A DNA stretch of 64,000 nucleotides, taken from positions 25,039-89,038 of the forward strand of contig CAYQKL010000004.1 in assembly GCA_964418185.1 (NCBI GenBank). The letters are read 5' to 3'. The DNA is from an uncultured bacterium (GTDB taxonomy: Bacteria > Hydrothermota > Tepidihabitantia > SM23-42 > JAOAFX01). The first letter of the stretch is position 1. Each line of letters starts with the position of its first letter. A model generated the notes under the pieces. The model was not told the origin of the DNA. It saw nothing but the letters and a program-made list of their open reading frames with translations, and did not search any database. Of the stretch, positions 25,201 through 33,165 are shown piece after piece. A program made the position numbers and the translations under genes.

Positions 25201-28003
25201 CAAAACATATTTCTATGTTGCAGGTCAGGGCTATGCAGGCTGGCAGATGAGGGATGATGACATAATTGAACTTGTGGCTGACAAGGATATGTATCAGGTC
25301 GGTGATACTGCAAGGATTTTAGTAAAATCCCCATATGATTCAGCAAATGTCCTTGTAACTGTGGAAAGGGAATTGATTTTAAGAAGATTCACCAAGAAAT
25401 TAAGGGGCAATGCTGACTATGTGGAGATTCCAATCAAATCAATTGACCTCCCCAATGTCTATGTCTGTGTAATGCTACTTAGAGGTAGGGTAGAGGACCT
25501 TTCCTGGGATGAAGAGAAGCAAGAAGATTTAGGCAAACCCCAATTCAAGATTGGATATGTAAACTTGAAGGTTGATCCAAAAGAAAAACACCTGTTCGTC
25601 AAAACTCATTCTGATAAATCTGATTACCGTCCCAGGGATAGCCTCACAGTATTCTATGAAATAAAGGACTATCTAAAAAGGCCCGTGAAGAATTGCGAGG
25701 TGAGTCTGTTTGTTGTTGATCTTGGTGTGCTAAATCTCATTGCCTTCAAGACTCCGGAACCATTTGATTATTTCTATGGGACAAGACCACTATCAGTAAA
25801 GACTATAGAATCAAGATTGAATATACTTGGTGAGCGGAGTTACGGTGAGAAAGGTGAAGAAAGGGGTGGTGGTGGTGCAGGTGAGGGTATTCCTTACCGT
25901 GAGAAGTTTATCTCCACGGTCTATTACAGGGGCGATTTGAAGACTGATGAGAATGGAAAGGGCAGGGTCAGGTTTGTTCTGCCTGACAATCTCACAAAGT
26001 TCAGGATTATGCTCGTTGCTCATACAAAGGATAGTAAGTTTGGTTCTTCTGAGAGCACTTTTGTGGTAAATCTTCCATTCATTATCTCTGGCTCAATACC
26101 AAGATTCTGCCGGGTTGGTGATAAATTCTCGGCCGGAGTTGTGCTCCACAACCGGACGAATTTGAAGAATGAGGCAATTGTAGAATGTAGCATTGAAGGA
26201 TTAAGGATGATTGGTCAAAACAGGAAGAGTGTAGCACTGGCGCCAAATGCGAGTGAGGAGGTACTATTTGATTTTATTGCCGAAAAGACCGGCAATGCAG
26301 TGTTCAAGTTCAATGCGCAGATGGGAAAGGAAAAGGATGCCCTGAAGATCACAATTCCGGTCAAATCTCCGCCATTTATTGAGGCAGTAGCGACATTTGC
26401 TTCAACGACCGATTCAAGTCTTGAAGGGATAATCGTTCCGGATAATATCTATGAAAACACCGGGGGACTTGAAGTGTTGTTGTCTTCTTCAGTGCTTGCC
26501 GGAATGAAGCAGGGCATTGAACACCTGCTTGATTATCCTTATGGCTGTCTTGAACAGAGATTATCAAGGATTGTGCCCCTGATTGTGGGTGAAGATATAA
26601 TAAATCAATTCAACCTTGCACCAGTGACCGGTAAAGAATTAAGGGATTCGGTCCAGAAGGTTCTTGAGGCGGTTCCGCAGTATCAGACATATAACGGTGG
26701 ATTTTTATATTTTAAAGAAAATTGCTGCCCCTGCCCTTATCTTTCTGCATACACAATGTTTGTGCTGAAAAAGGCAAATAATGCAGGATATAACGTTGAC
26801 CTGAAGGTGGTAGAAAAAGGCAAAGAGTTCTTGAAATCAGTCTTGAGATGGGAGGAGGTCGACTGGACCTATCCATACAATGTTTATGCACAACTCACGA
26901 CCAGGGCATTCTGTCTATATTCCCTTGCAATCTGGGGTGAGATGGGTGAGGCGGGTTATGCAAACAGACTATTTGAAAGACGGGAACAGATTCCGGTCTT
27001 TGGCAAGACATTATTATTAAAGGCAGGCAGGATATTTGGTCTGGGCAGTAGATTTGAGAATGAACTCGTGCGTTCAATCACAAATAAGATCAAACTTTCA
27101 CCAACAACTGCGCATTTTGAAGAAGATGAATTGCGGGGCTGGACATTCCCCTCACCTGCAAAGGTAACGGGTTTTGTGATTCAAACCTTTACAGAACTTG
27201 ATATTGAATTTCCCTATAAAGACCAGACCATAAGATGGCTTGTACAGGAGAGGGTGAAGAAGACAAAACCAACGACCCATACGAATGCCTTTGTCTTTGA
27301 TGCTTTCCAGACATACTACAAAAAGTTTGAACAGAAAGAGCCGGATTTTGTAGCGCGGATTATGCTCGGCGAGCAAGAAATTCTCAAAGAGACATTCAAA
27401 GGCAGAACCAATGAACCACCAAGGCGTTTTCTTTTTGCTCTTGATAGAATTAAAAAGAATAAACTATTGCCCTTGAGAATTTTAAAACAGGGGACTGGAC
27501 GGTTATACTACACTTTAAGGATGTACTATGCCTATAAAGAGAATCCGGTTGCATTTGATGAAGGATTCTATCTATGGAGAGAGATTCTGACTCTTGATGG
27601 CAAACCAGTGAATAGATTCAAACGGGGTGATGTATATAAGGTTGTGGTTCACATTGTAGTTCCAGAAACGAGGATCTTTGCGGTAGTTGAAGACCCATTA
27701 CCTGCAGGGTTTGAACCGATTCAGATTTCTTTTGCAACTGAGGCACGGGCAGTACAGGAACAATACTGGGAAGAACAATATCAGGAAAAGGAACACTGGT
27801 GGGGAAGTTTTGACCGCGAAGAACAATACGATGATAAAATGCTTTTCTTTGCCCAGGAATTATTCCCTGGTGAACACAGCCGGGTATATTTTGTTCGCGC
27901 TGGCACCAAAGGCAAATTTATTTCTCCTTCGGCAAAGGCAGAAGAGATGTATTCACCTGAGGTCTTTGGTTCAACAACCCAGGGGTATATTAGTGTGGAG
28001 TAG
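22271..28003 (+). CDS. Bacterial alpha-2-macroglobulin lipoprotein with N-terminal Ig-like domains
   Basis: Lipobox FFSC; FTEKGLYKNGE (MG2); LPDNLTKFRIM; thioester YPYGCLEQ at about 26535-26557; VEDPLPAGFEP, YFVRAGTKGKF..PSA.AEEMYSPEVFG. Confidence 0.95.
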   Translation: MMRRFLSFFAIFLILSFFSCRKQEKKAIDITTQQVLQGEKIPLKITHISPVGPVEAGLETFKILVGFNQAMSPVQAIPRDETEGPLEFSIPIKGKYRWLGSRTLAFIPADTLQAATEFTVLLKKDKIQSLTGMRLERDTSWKFESVRPTLLSSQPYHNSNFIDIKSKIYLYFNLEMAPEKVKDRIKIFANYGQPSYVYCGQKKPKNAPYKEEIPFSVRQLQDNEKKDWPLREWQNNRTLILTPTRPLPQEALIEVFIYPGLLAKDGNLGTNLERTISFNTYNYLSLLSHSAEIPAGFPLQLCFSNPVTASELIRNMIITPPLDSIPAQYEQESYPETRIYLYLPFKPNSDYLIKIKKNLKDTYGNSLNLDGDYEFSLSVGDYGSFAEIPTGINIMERKSDLRFPATLINVDSVYLEMGIIGIDRAIPFLNEKRIFNYYEKFNSPGLFNVSKVWWVDAYKKYRNQKIRLPIELKEVLGEKKAGLVFIQFDNLGQYGDNSNYRYLKALCEVNDIGVTWKYSPENNLVWLTSLNNTAPLTNALVQFRNDRNQVLAQGYTDAKGFLELPGWAELKMVQERGNYEYESEYEMESYTSYYEPKFWLTVSKDEDVAVYSNRWNFGIDPWRFDISYNWNIRSEEYGCDIFTEKGLYKNGETVHIKGILRKKKMGEWVLPDLSRVGFVIRNSRDEVIVSDTLSINSFGAFFRDVYISEDAPTGYYSIRVYLLKKDYSFSHSFRVEAFRPAEFEVKCFAENDTFIAGEQFKGRIEARYLFGMPMVNAEANWVLYKDYYHVSYPQYSGYSFGAVYDYDILGVLGSARARLDNQGKCYVNIKLNLKDIKTPSVITLEGTVVAPNNQTLSGRQNWLVFPSNLLIGMKTTRYLYTINTPVELKFVTIRPSGERVANKKIDLKFVKVEWKSIKKARLGGRYEWVSECVENEIRKEQVTSQIDSTVVRFTPDKPGYYYVEASAKDEKGRQCFNKTYFYVAGQGYAGWQMRDDDIIELVADKDMYQVGDTARILVKSPYDSANVLVTVERELILRRFTKKLRGNADYVEIPIKSIDLPNVYVCVMLLRGRVEDLSWDEEKQEDLGKPQFKIGYVNLKVDPKEKHLFVKTHSDKSDYRPRDSLTVFYEIKDYLKRPVKNCEVSLFVVDLGVLNLIAFKTPEPFDYFYGTRPLSVKTIESRLNILGERSYGEKGEERGGGGAGEGIPYREKFISTVYYRGDLKTDENGKGRVRFVLPDNLTKFRIMLVAHTKDSKFGSSESTFVVNLPFIISGSIPRFCRVGDKFSAGVVLHNRTNLKNEAIVECSIEGLRMIGQNRKSVALAPNASEEVLFDFIAEKTGNAVFKFNAQMGKEKDALKITIPVKSPPFIEAVATFASTTDSSLEGIIVPDNIYENTGGLEVLLSSSVLAGMKQGIEHLLDYPYGCLEQRLSRIVPLIVGEDIINQFNLAPVTGKELRDSVQKVLEAVPQYQTYNGGFLYFKENCCPCPYLSAYTMFVLKKANNAGYNVDLKVVEKGKEFLKSVLRWEEVDWTYPYNVYAQLTTRAFCLYSLAIWGEMGEAGYANRLFERREQIPVFGKTLLLKAGRIFGLGSRFENELVRSITNKIKLSPTTAHFEEDELRGWTFPSPAKVTGFVIQTFTELDIEFPYKDQTIRWLVQERVKKTKPTTHTNAFVFDAFQTYYKKFEQKEPDFVARIMLGEQEILKETFKGRTNEPPRRFLFALDRIKKNKLLPLRILKQGTGRLYYTLRMYYAYKENPVAFDEGFYLWREILTLDGKPVNRFKRGDVYKVVVHIVVPETRIFAVVEDPLPAGFEPIQISFATEARAVQEQYWEEQYQEKEHWWGSFDREEQYDDKMLFFAQELFPGEHSRVYFVRAGTKGKFISPSAKAEEMYSPEVFGSTTQGYISVE

Positions 28004-28010
28004 TGGATAA

Positions 28011-28111
28011 GGGTATCGGGAGGTCAGGGTATCAGGATATCAGGGTATCAGGGTATCAGGATATCAGTATACCAGGATATCAGGATATTAGGAGAACAGG
28101 ATATAAGATAT
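28011..28111. repeat. Degenerate 8-bp tandem array (GGRTATCA, about 12 units)
   Basis: gggtatca/ggatatca/gggtatca/gggtatca/ggatatca/gtatacca/ggatatca/ggatatta/ggagaaca/ggatataa read directly. Confidence 0.85.
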
Positions 28112-28467
28112 AATAACTGAGTTCAAATTAATTCGTCCTGACCTTCGGATAATTGCTAAATACTAAATCCTAAACAATAGCCAAATCCAGATAACACAAA
28201 TTCAAAACATCATCTGTTACATTTTAATTCTGAGACAAGTTCAGAACAAGCCAAGAATTTATTCCACCATCTATTTGACGGAAATAAATAATCCGGACAA
28301 TTCAAAAACTGGCTTGTTGACTTTTGGCGGATTTTTTATAGAATTACCAGGTAAAACATTTTTTAAGGAATCGTTTTTGTGGTTTTGATACTTAAAAATT
28401 AATTAATTTTTGTAGGACAAGTTAAATGGGATGTTCAGAACATCCGCATAATTGAAAGGAGGTTTTG

Positions 28468-29799
28468 ATGGGGCTTGAGGAAAAACTTCAGAATGTTTCG
28501 GTAATCGGTGCTGCAGGCAAGATGGGAAGTGGTATTGCTGTGCTCATTGCCCAGGAGATGATGAAATTGAAGTTTGAGCATCCTGACAAAATATTTCGTT
28601 TGAACCTGATCGATGTAAGTGAAAAGGGTCTTGATGGATTGCGGGACTATATGAGGGCACAGTTTGTCAAATCCGCCGAGAAAGGCATTGTGACACTGCG
28701 CACAACATATAAAGACCGTGCTGATTTGATTGAAAATGCTGAGATTGTGGATACCTATGTCAATGATGCAATGAAGTTATTGAATTTTGGCACTGACCCG
28801 ATTCTTGCGACAAATAGCAGTTTAATATTTGAGGCAATCATTGAAGATGAGAAGATAAAGGTAAAGACCTATAAATCACTCAAGAAAATAGTCTCAAAAG
28901 ATACATTTTTTTTGACTAACACATCAAGCATTCCAATAAGATATCTTGATGAAAAATCAGACCTTGATGGTAGATTGATTGGGTATCATTTCTATAATCC
29001 GCCAGTTGTACAAAAGTTGGTTGAAGTAATCAGTTCAGAAAGTACAAAAGAAGAATTGAAGAGCATTGCTGCTGAACTGGGAAAACGTTTGCGCAAGATT
29101 CTTGTGCCGGCAAATGACATCTCTGGTTTTATCGGGAATGGACATTTTATGCGCGATGGACTCTTTGCCCTTGATGAAGCATTGCGGCTAAAAGGAAAAT
29201 TTAAGTTACCCGGTGCAATATATGTAATGAATCGGGTGAGCCAGGATTTTCTCTTGAGACCTATGGGGATATTTCAGTTGATTGATTATGTCGGGGTTGA
29301 TGTATTCCAGTGTATTCTCAAGGTGATGAGAACCCATCTCGGTGATAATTCTTTAAGGCATAAAGTGATTGACAAAATGATGAAGAATGGCATAAGAGGT
29401 GGTCAGTATGCTGATGGTTCACAGAAGGATGGTTTCTTAAAATATGAGAAAAATCGACCTGTGGGAATCTACGATTTGAAAAAGGGCGACTATTTTCCTA
29501 TCACTGATGAATGGAAGAAGAAAATTGATAAACAACTTGGTCCGTTGCCTGAGGGATTTGTGCCCTGGAAGGCATTGCTTGGTGATGCAAAGAAAGATGA
29601 AAAATTGAAAAATCACTTTTCTGTTTTGAAGAGTATGAATACCTTAGGAGCAGAACTGGCTTTGAGTTATTTGAAAAAGACCAGGGAGATTGCAGAAAAT
29701 CTTGTGAAACAGAAAGTTGCAAATTCCAGTGACGATGTCAATGCAGTTCTGACCAATGGCTTTTACTGGCTCTACGGACCAATAAATGATTACATATAA
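28468..29799 (+). CDS. 3-hydroxyacyl-CoA dehydrogenase family protein
   Basis: VIGAAGKMGSGIA, FEAIIED, TNTSSIP, GYHFYNPP, GFIGN, RPMGIFQLIDYVGVD; AGGAGG SD before ATG 28468. Confidence 0.9.
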   Translation: MGLEEKLQNVSVIGAAGKMGSGIAVLIAQEMMKLKFEHPDKIFRLNLIDVSEKGLDGLRDYMRAQFVKSAEKGIVTLRTTYKDRADLIENAEIVDTYVNDAMKLLNFGTDPILATNSSLIFEAIIEDEKIKVKTYKSLKKIVSKDTFFLTNTSSIPIRYLDEKSDLDGRLIGYHFYNPPVVQKLVEVISSESTKEELKSIAAELGKRLRKILVPANDISGFIGNGHFMRDGLFALDEALRLKGKFKLPGAIYVMNRVSQDFLLRPMGIFQLIDYVGVDVFQCILKVMRTHLGDNSLRHKVIDKMMKNGIRGGQYADGSQKDGFLKYEKNRPVGIYDLKKGDYFPITDEWKKKIDKQLGPLPEGFVPWKALLGDAKKDEKLKNHFSVLKSMNTLGAELALSYLKKTREIAENLVKQKVANSSDDVNAVLTNGFYWLYGPINDYI

Positions 29800-29802
29800 C
29801 CT

Positions 29803-29930
29803 GAGAATTCTAAACCCCAAATCCAAATTCCTAAATAAACACCAATACCTAAAATTTCAAATTCAAAAGATTTGGGTAACTAAAATTTTGGATTTGTTTA
29901 GGATTTAGAAATTAGAATTTAGGGTTTCTC
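29803..29930. repeat. Long imperfect hairpin built from 7-mer-like units
   Basis: Left arm GAGAATTCTAAACCCCAAATCCAAATTCCTAAAT; right arm ATTTTGGATTTGTTTAGGATTTAGAAATTAGAATTTAGGGTTTCTC. Confidence 0.75.
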
Positions 29931-29945
29931 CTGAAAGGAGTTTCT

Positions 29946-31193
29946 ATGCCTTTTTTAAGAAAAAAAATCTATGCCTGTGCTGGTTACAATACGATTGCCC
30001 TGGGCACAGGAAGAAAAGAATTTCATCCAAAAAAACCAAGACCCGGGATTGAGCACTACATAAAAGAGGCCGGTCTTGGTGCAATAGAACAGATAAAGAA
30101 TCCGGAGAACATTGATGAAGGTGTTATCGGAAATTTTATTGCGGATAGGTTTTGCAGACAGGGAAATCTTGGCGGGTTCTTCCCCTATGTTCATTCAACA
30201 TTCCAGTACAAGCCCTGTATCCATACTGAAGGGGCATGTGATTCGGGTGGATTGGCTCTGGTGACTTCTGTAAAGAATATTCTCTCTGACCTTGCCGAGG
30301 TTGTTTTGTGTATCGGCGTTGAGGTGCAGAATACTGTGAAGGCACTATATGGCGCAGATTATCTTGCAGCTGCAGGCTGGTATGCGGGAGAAAGAAAAAA
30401 CGGTCATGCATATTTCTTCCCCGATAAGTTCTCTGAACGGGCAGGTGCCTATATGAAAAAATTTGGTGAGCAGAAGACCAGGGAGGCAATGGCTCAATGG
30501 TACGCAAATGCGATAGAGAATGCACGCAAGAACCCCAAGGCTCAGGAATATCATAATGCAACTCCCGATCTATTTTCTACAGGTATGACAAGACCAAATC
30601 CTAAGGCATTCTGTGAGTTTTTGAATGTTTATGATTGCTCAAAAGTTTCCGATGGTGCAAGTGCATTGATATTTGCCTCAGAAGAGGGGCTGGAGAAAAT
30701 GGGTGTCGATAAAAAGGAGGCGGTAGAAGTAATTGCCTTTGCCCAGGTTCAGGATAATATTACTACGCCACCACCTGATTTGACCAAACTGACAACCTGT
30801 GAGATTGCTGCGAAAAAGGCTTATGAACGTGCTGGTATTAAGTCTAAAGATTTGGGTGTTCTTGAAGTCCATGATTGCTTTACCATTGCAGGAATAATGG
30901 CTATTGAAGCCGCGGGATTCGCAGATTATGGTGAAGGTGCGGATTTTGTAAAGACTGGTAAGACAAAGGTAAATGGGATTATCCCCACAAACGCTACCGG
31001 TGGTTTGATTGGCTATGGCCATCCAACCGGTGCAACAGGTGTGAGGCAGGCAGTGGATGTTGTCCATCAGTTATTGAACAGGGCAGGTGAATGCCAGGTT
31101 AAGATTGAATCCAGCCGTCCCTTTGGTATGATTTCAAGTATGGGTGGTAATGACAAGACTGTGGTTGCAATGATATTCAAGAAACCGGATTGA
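29946..31193 (+). CDS. Thiolase, SCP2/SCP-x type
   Basis: EGACDSGG (Cys), SKVSDGASA, EVHDCF, GYGHPTGATG. Confidence 0.9.
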   Translation: MPFLRKKIYACAGYNTIALGTGRKEFHPKKPRPGIEHYIKEAGLGAIEQIKNPENIDEGVIGNFIADRFCRQGNLGGFFPYVHSTFQYKPCIHTEGACDSGGLALVTSVKNILSDLAEVVLCIGVEVQNTVKALYGADYLAAAGWYAGERKNGHAYFFPDKFSERAGAYMKKFGEQKTREAMAQWYANAIENARKNPKAQEYHNATPDLFSTGMTRPNPKAFCEFLNVYDCSKVSDGASALIFASEEGLEKMGVDKKEAVEVIAFAQVQDNITTPPPDLTKLTTCEIAAKKAYERAGIKSKDLGVLEVHDCFTIAGIMAIEAAGFADYGEGADFVKTGKTKVNGIIPTNATGGLIGYGHPTGATGVRQAVDVVHQLLNRAGECQVKIESSRPFGMISSMGGNDKTVVAMIFKKPD

Positions 31194-31238
31194 GACAGGT
31201 TGTTTGGTGTATTATTTCACCAGTTATCATTTAACCAG

Positions 31239-31964
31239 ATGATTATTGGCTCAAAGCTTCACTACCTTGATGAGGTTGATTCCACAAATGAGTATGCCAA
31301 AAAGATTTTGAGGGAAGCAACTGATGGTGCAATAGTCCTTGCTGATAAGCAGACTGCAGGCAAGGGTAGGTTGGACCACGAATGGTTTTCACCAGAAGGT
31401 GGACTGTATCTATCAGTTATATTATTCACTGACAAACCTCTTTTGATACCTATTCTTTCAGGAGTGGCGATATGCGAGACATTTAAAAATAACTATGGCA
31501 TTCTTTTGGGAATAAAATGGCCGAATGATATTCTTTTGCATGAGAAGAAAATTGCAGGCGTTTTGGTTGAGGTGACGGATACAGCCGTGATAATGGGTGT
31601 AGGCATAAATTTGAATATTACTGAATTTCCAGACGAACTCCACGGTATTGCGACCTCAATCTTTCTTGAGACAAAAAAGAGATTGGATAAGATAATGGTT
31701 TATAATGATCTGTGTCGGGAACTGGATAATGCTTATCAACTGTTAAGAAAGGATATGGGAAGGGATATTCTTCAAAAATGGCGTAATTATACAATTATGT
31801 TTGGAAAAACAGTGACCATTGAGACTCCAGAAAGAGTGATAACTGGAAGGGTTATTGATATTGCCGGAAATGGTGCTTTGATTCTTAGCCTCTCTGATGG
31901 TGCTATAAAAAAAGTTCTTGCCGGTGATTGCAGGATAATAAAGGAGCGCAAGGTCGGGCTTTAA
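31239..31964 (+). CDS. birA: Biotin-[acetyl-CoA-carboxylase] ligase without N-terminal HTH
   Basis: VDSTN, QTAGKGR..W.SP.GGLY, KWPND, KIAGVL, GVGIN. Start estimated at ATG 31239. Confidence 0.9.
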   Translation: MIIGSKLHYLDEVDSTNEYAKKILREATDGAIVLADKQTAGKGRLDHEWFSPEGGLYLSVILFTDKPLLIPILSGVAICETFKNNYGILLGIKWPNDILLHEKKIAGVLVEVTDTAVIMGVGINLNITEFPDELHGIATSIFLETKKRLDKIMVYNDLCRELDNAYQLLRKDMGRDILQKWRNYTIMFGKTVTIETPERVITGRVIDIAGNGALILSLSDGAIKKVLAGDCRIIKERKVGL

Positions 31965-31981
31965 ATATTCAAGGAGGATGT

Positions 31982-32401
31982 GTGCATTACATAAATAGCA
32001 ATGACTATTATGTTATACGATTGGAGAGAGGTGAGGAAATTGTTGCCAGTCTCACTGATTTTGCAAAGAAGACAAAGATAAAAGGTGCCTTTTTATATGG
32101 TCTTGGTGTTGGTGAAAATCTTACACTGGGTTATTTTGATGCCCATAAAAAATCGTATATCAAGAAACAGTTCAAGGGGGAATATGAGTTTACGAGTTTC
32201 GTCGGCAATATTTCTTATTTTGAAAAACAACCAGTGATACATATTCATGTGACAATTACAGATAAAAAATTCAATGCCTCTGGCGGTCATCTATTCTCGG
32301 GATTTATCCCCGCAACCCTGGAGATTGTGGTTGTTGTTCTTACTAAGAAATTGATCAGGATGAATGACCAACTGACTGGTCTAAAACTTTTGCATCTATG
32401 A
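31982..32401 (+). CDS. PPC/DUF296 domain protein
   Basis: RLERGEEI, GLG, GNIS, HIHVT, GGHL. GTG 31982 follows AAGGAGG. Confidence 0.85.
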   Translation: MHYINSNDYYVIRLERGEEIVASLTDFAKKTKIKGAFLYGLGVGENLTLGYFDAHKKSYIKKQFKGEYEFTSFVGNISYFEKQPVIHIHVTITDKKFNASGGHLFSGFIPATLEIVVVVLTKKLIRMNDQLTGLKLLHL

Positions 32402-32907
32402 TTCAAATCTATACTGGCAATGGAAAAGGGAAGACGACCGCGGCATTAGGACTTGCACTGAGGGCGGTCGGACACGGAAAAAAGGTCTTAATGATTCAAT
32501 TTATGAAAGGTAAAATCAATTATGGCGAACTAAAATCAGCAAAACTTTTAAAAAATTTCAAGATTGAACAATACGGCAGACCTGATTTTGTTGATAGAGA
32601 CCATCCAGCAAACATAGATATTGGACTGGCAAGAAAAGGATTTGAAAGGGCAAAAGAAATAATAAAGGGAAATAAATATGATATTTTGATATTGGACGAA
32701 TTGAATGTGGCGGTTGATTATGGATTGATTCCGCTTAAAGAAGTGCTTGAACTGTTAACGAAAATCCCTAAGAAAATGGAGATAATCATAACTGGCAGAT
32801 ATATGCCTGATGAATTCAAAGCATATGCAGATTTGATCAGCGAAATCTGTGAGATGAAACACTATTTCCAGAAGGGAGTGAAGGCAAGAAAGGGAATAGA
32901 GTATTAA
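32398..32907 (+). CDS. cobO: Cob(I)yrinic acid a,c-diamide adenosyltransferase
   Basis: IYTGNGKGKTTAALGLALRAVGHG, QFMKG, ILDE, ITGR, KHYFQKG..ARKGIEY. Confidence 0.95.
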   Translation: MIQIYTGNGKGKTTAALGLALRAVGHGKKVLMIQFMKGKINYGELKSAKLLKNFKIEQYGRPDFVDRDHPANIDIGLARKGFERAKEIIKGNKYDILILDELNVAVDYGLIPLKEVLELLTKIPKKMEIIITGRYMPDEFKAYADLISEICEMKHYFQKGVKARKGIEY

Positions 32908-32984
32908 ACAAGAGAAAGATAAGGGTGAAAAGGGTTGAAAAGCCGGAAAGAATGGTGAATGGATGAGTGAGATAGAAAAAGGGC

Positions 32985-33012
32985 TTGACATTGGGAGTAA
33001 ATTCAGTATAAT
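32985..33012 (+). promoter_or_regulatory. sigma70-type promoter TTGACA-16-TATAAT of the rpoZ-coaBC-dnaB operon
   Basis: Perfect consensus hexamers at 32985-90 and 33007-12. Confidence 0.8.
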
Positions 33013-33059
33013 AAAATATTGGATTTATCGAGTTTAGATTTTTGAAAATTGATGAGATA

Positions 33060-33147
33060 ATGGATACAATCCCCAGGGTACATAAGGATAGTGCCGGGGT
33101 TCAGGGTTTTTAGAGACCCATTGATGGTGTTCAGTGATTGGGAACAT
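33060..33147 (+). ncRNA. Candidate structured 5'-leader RNA (four-way junction) upstream of rpoZ
   Basis: Manual pairing: P1 33067-71/33136-40, P2 33072-81/33091-98, P3 33104-09/33114-19, P4 33120-24/33131-35. Lies between a consensus promoter and the rpoZ SD. Confidence 0.4.
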
Positions 33148-33165
33148 ATTAGTTAAAGGAGGTAT

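Noticed and set aside
28011-28111. Possible CRISPR array
   Set aside because: Units are 8 bp and contiguous, with no unique spacers and no cas genes nearby.
33060-33147. tRNA or 6S RNA
   Set aside because: Cloverleaf-like, but no TTCRA T-loop, D-loop GG or CCA end on either strand; too short and too branched for the 6S rod. Kept only as an unknown structured leader.
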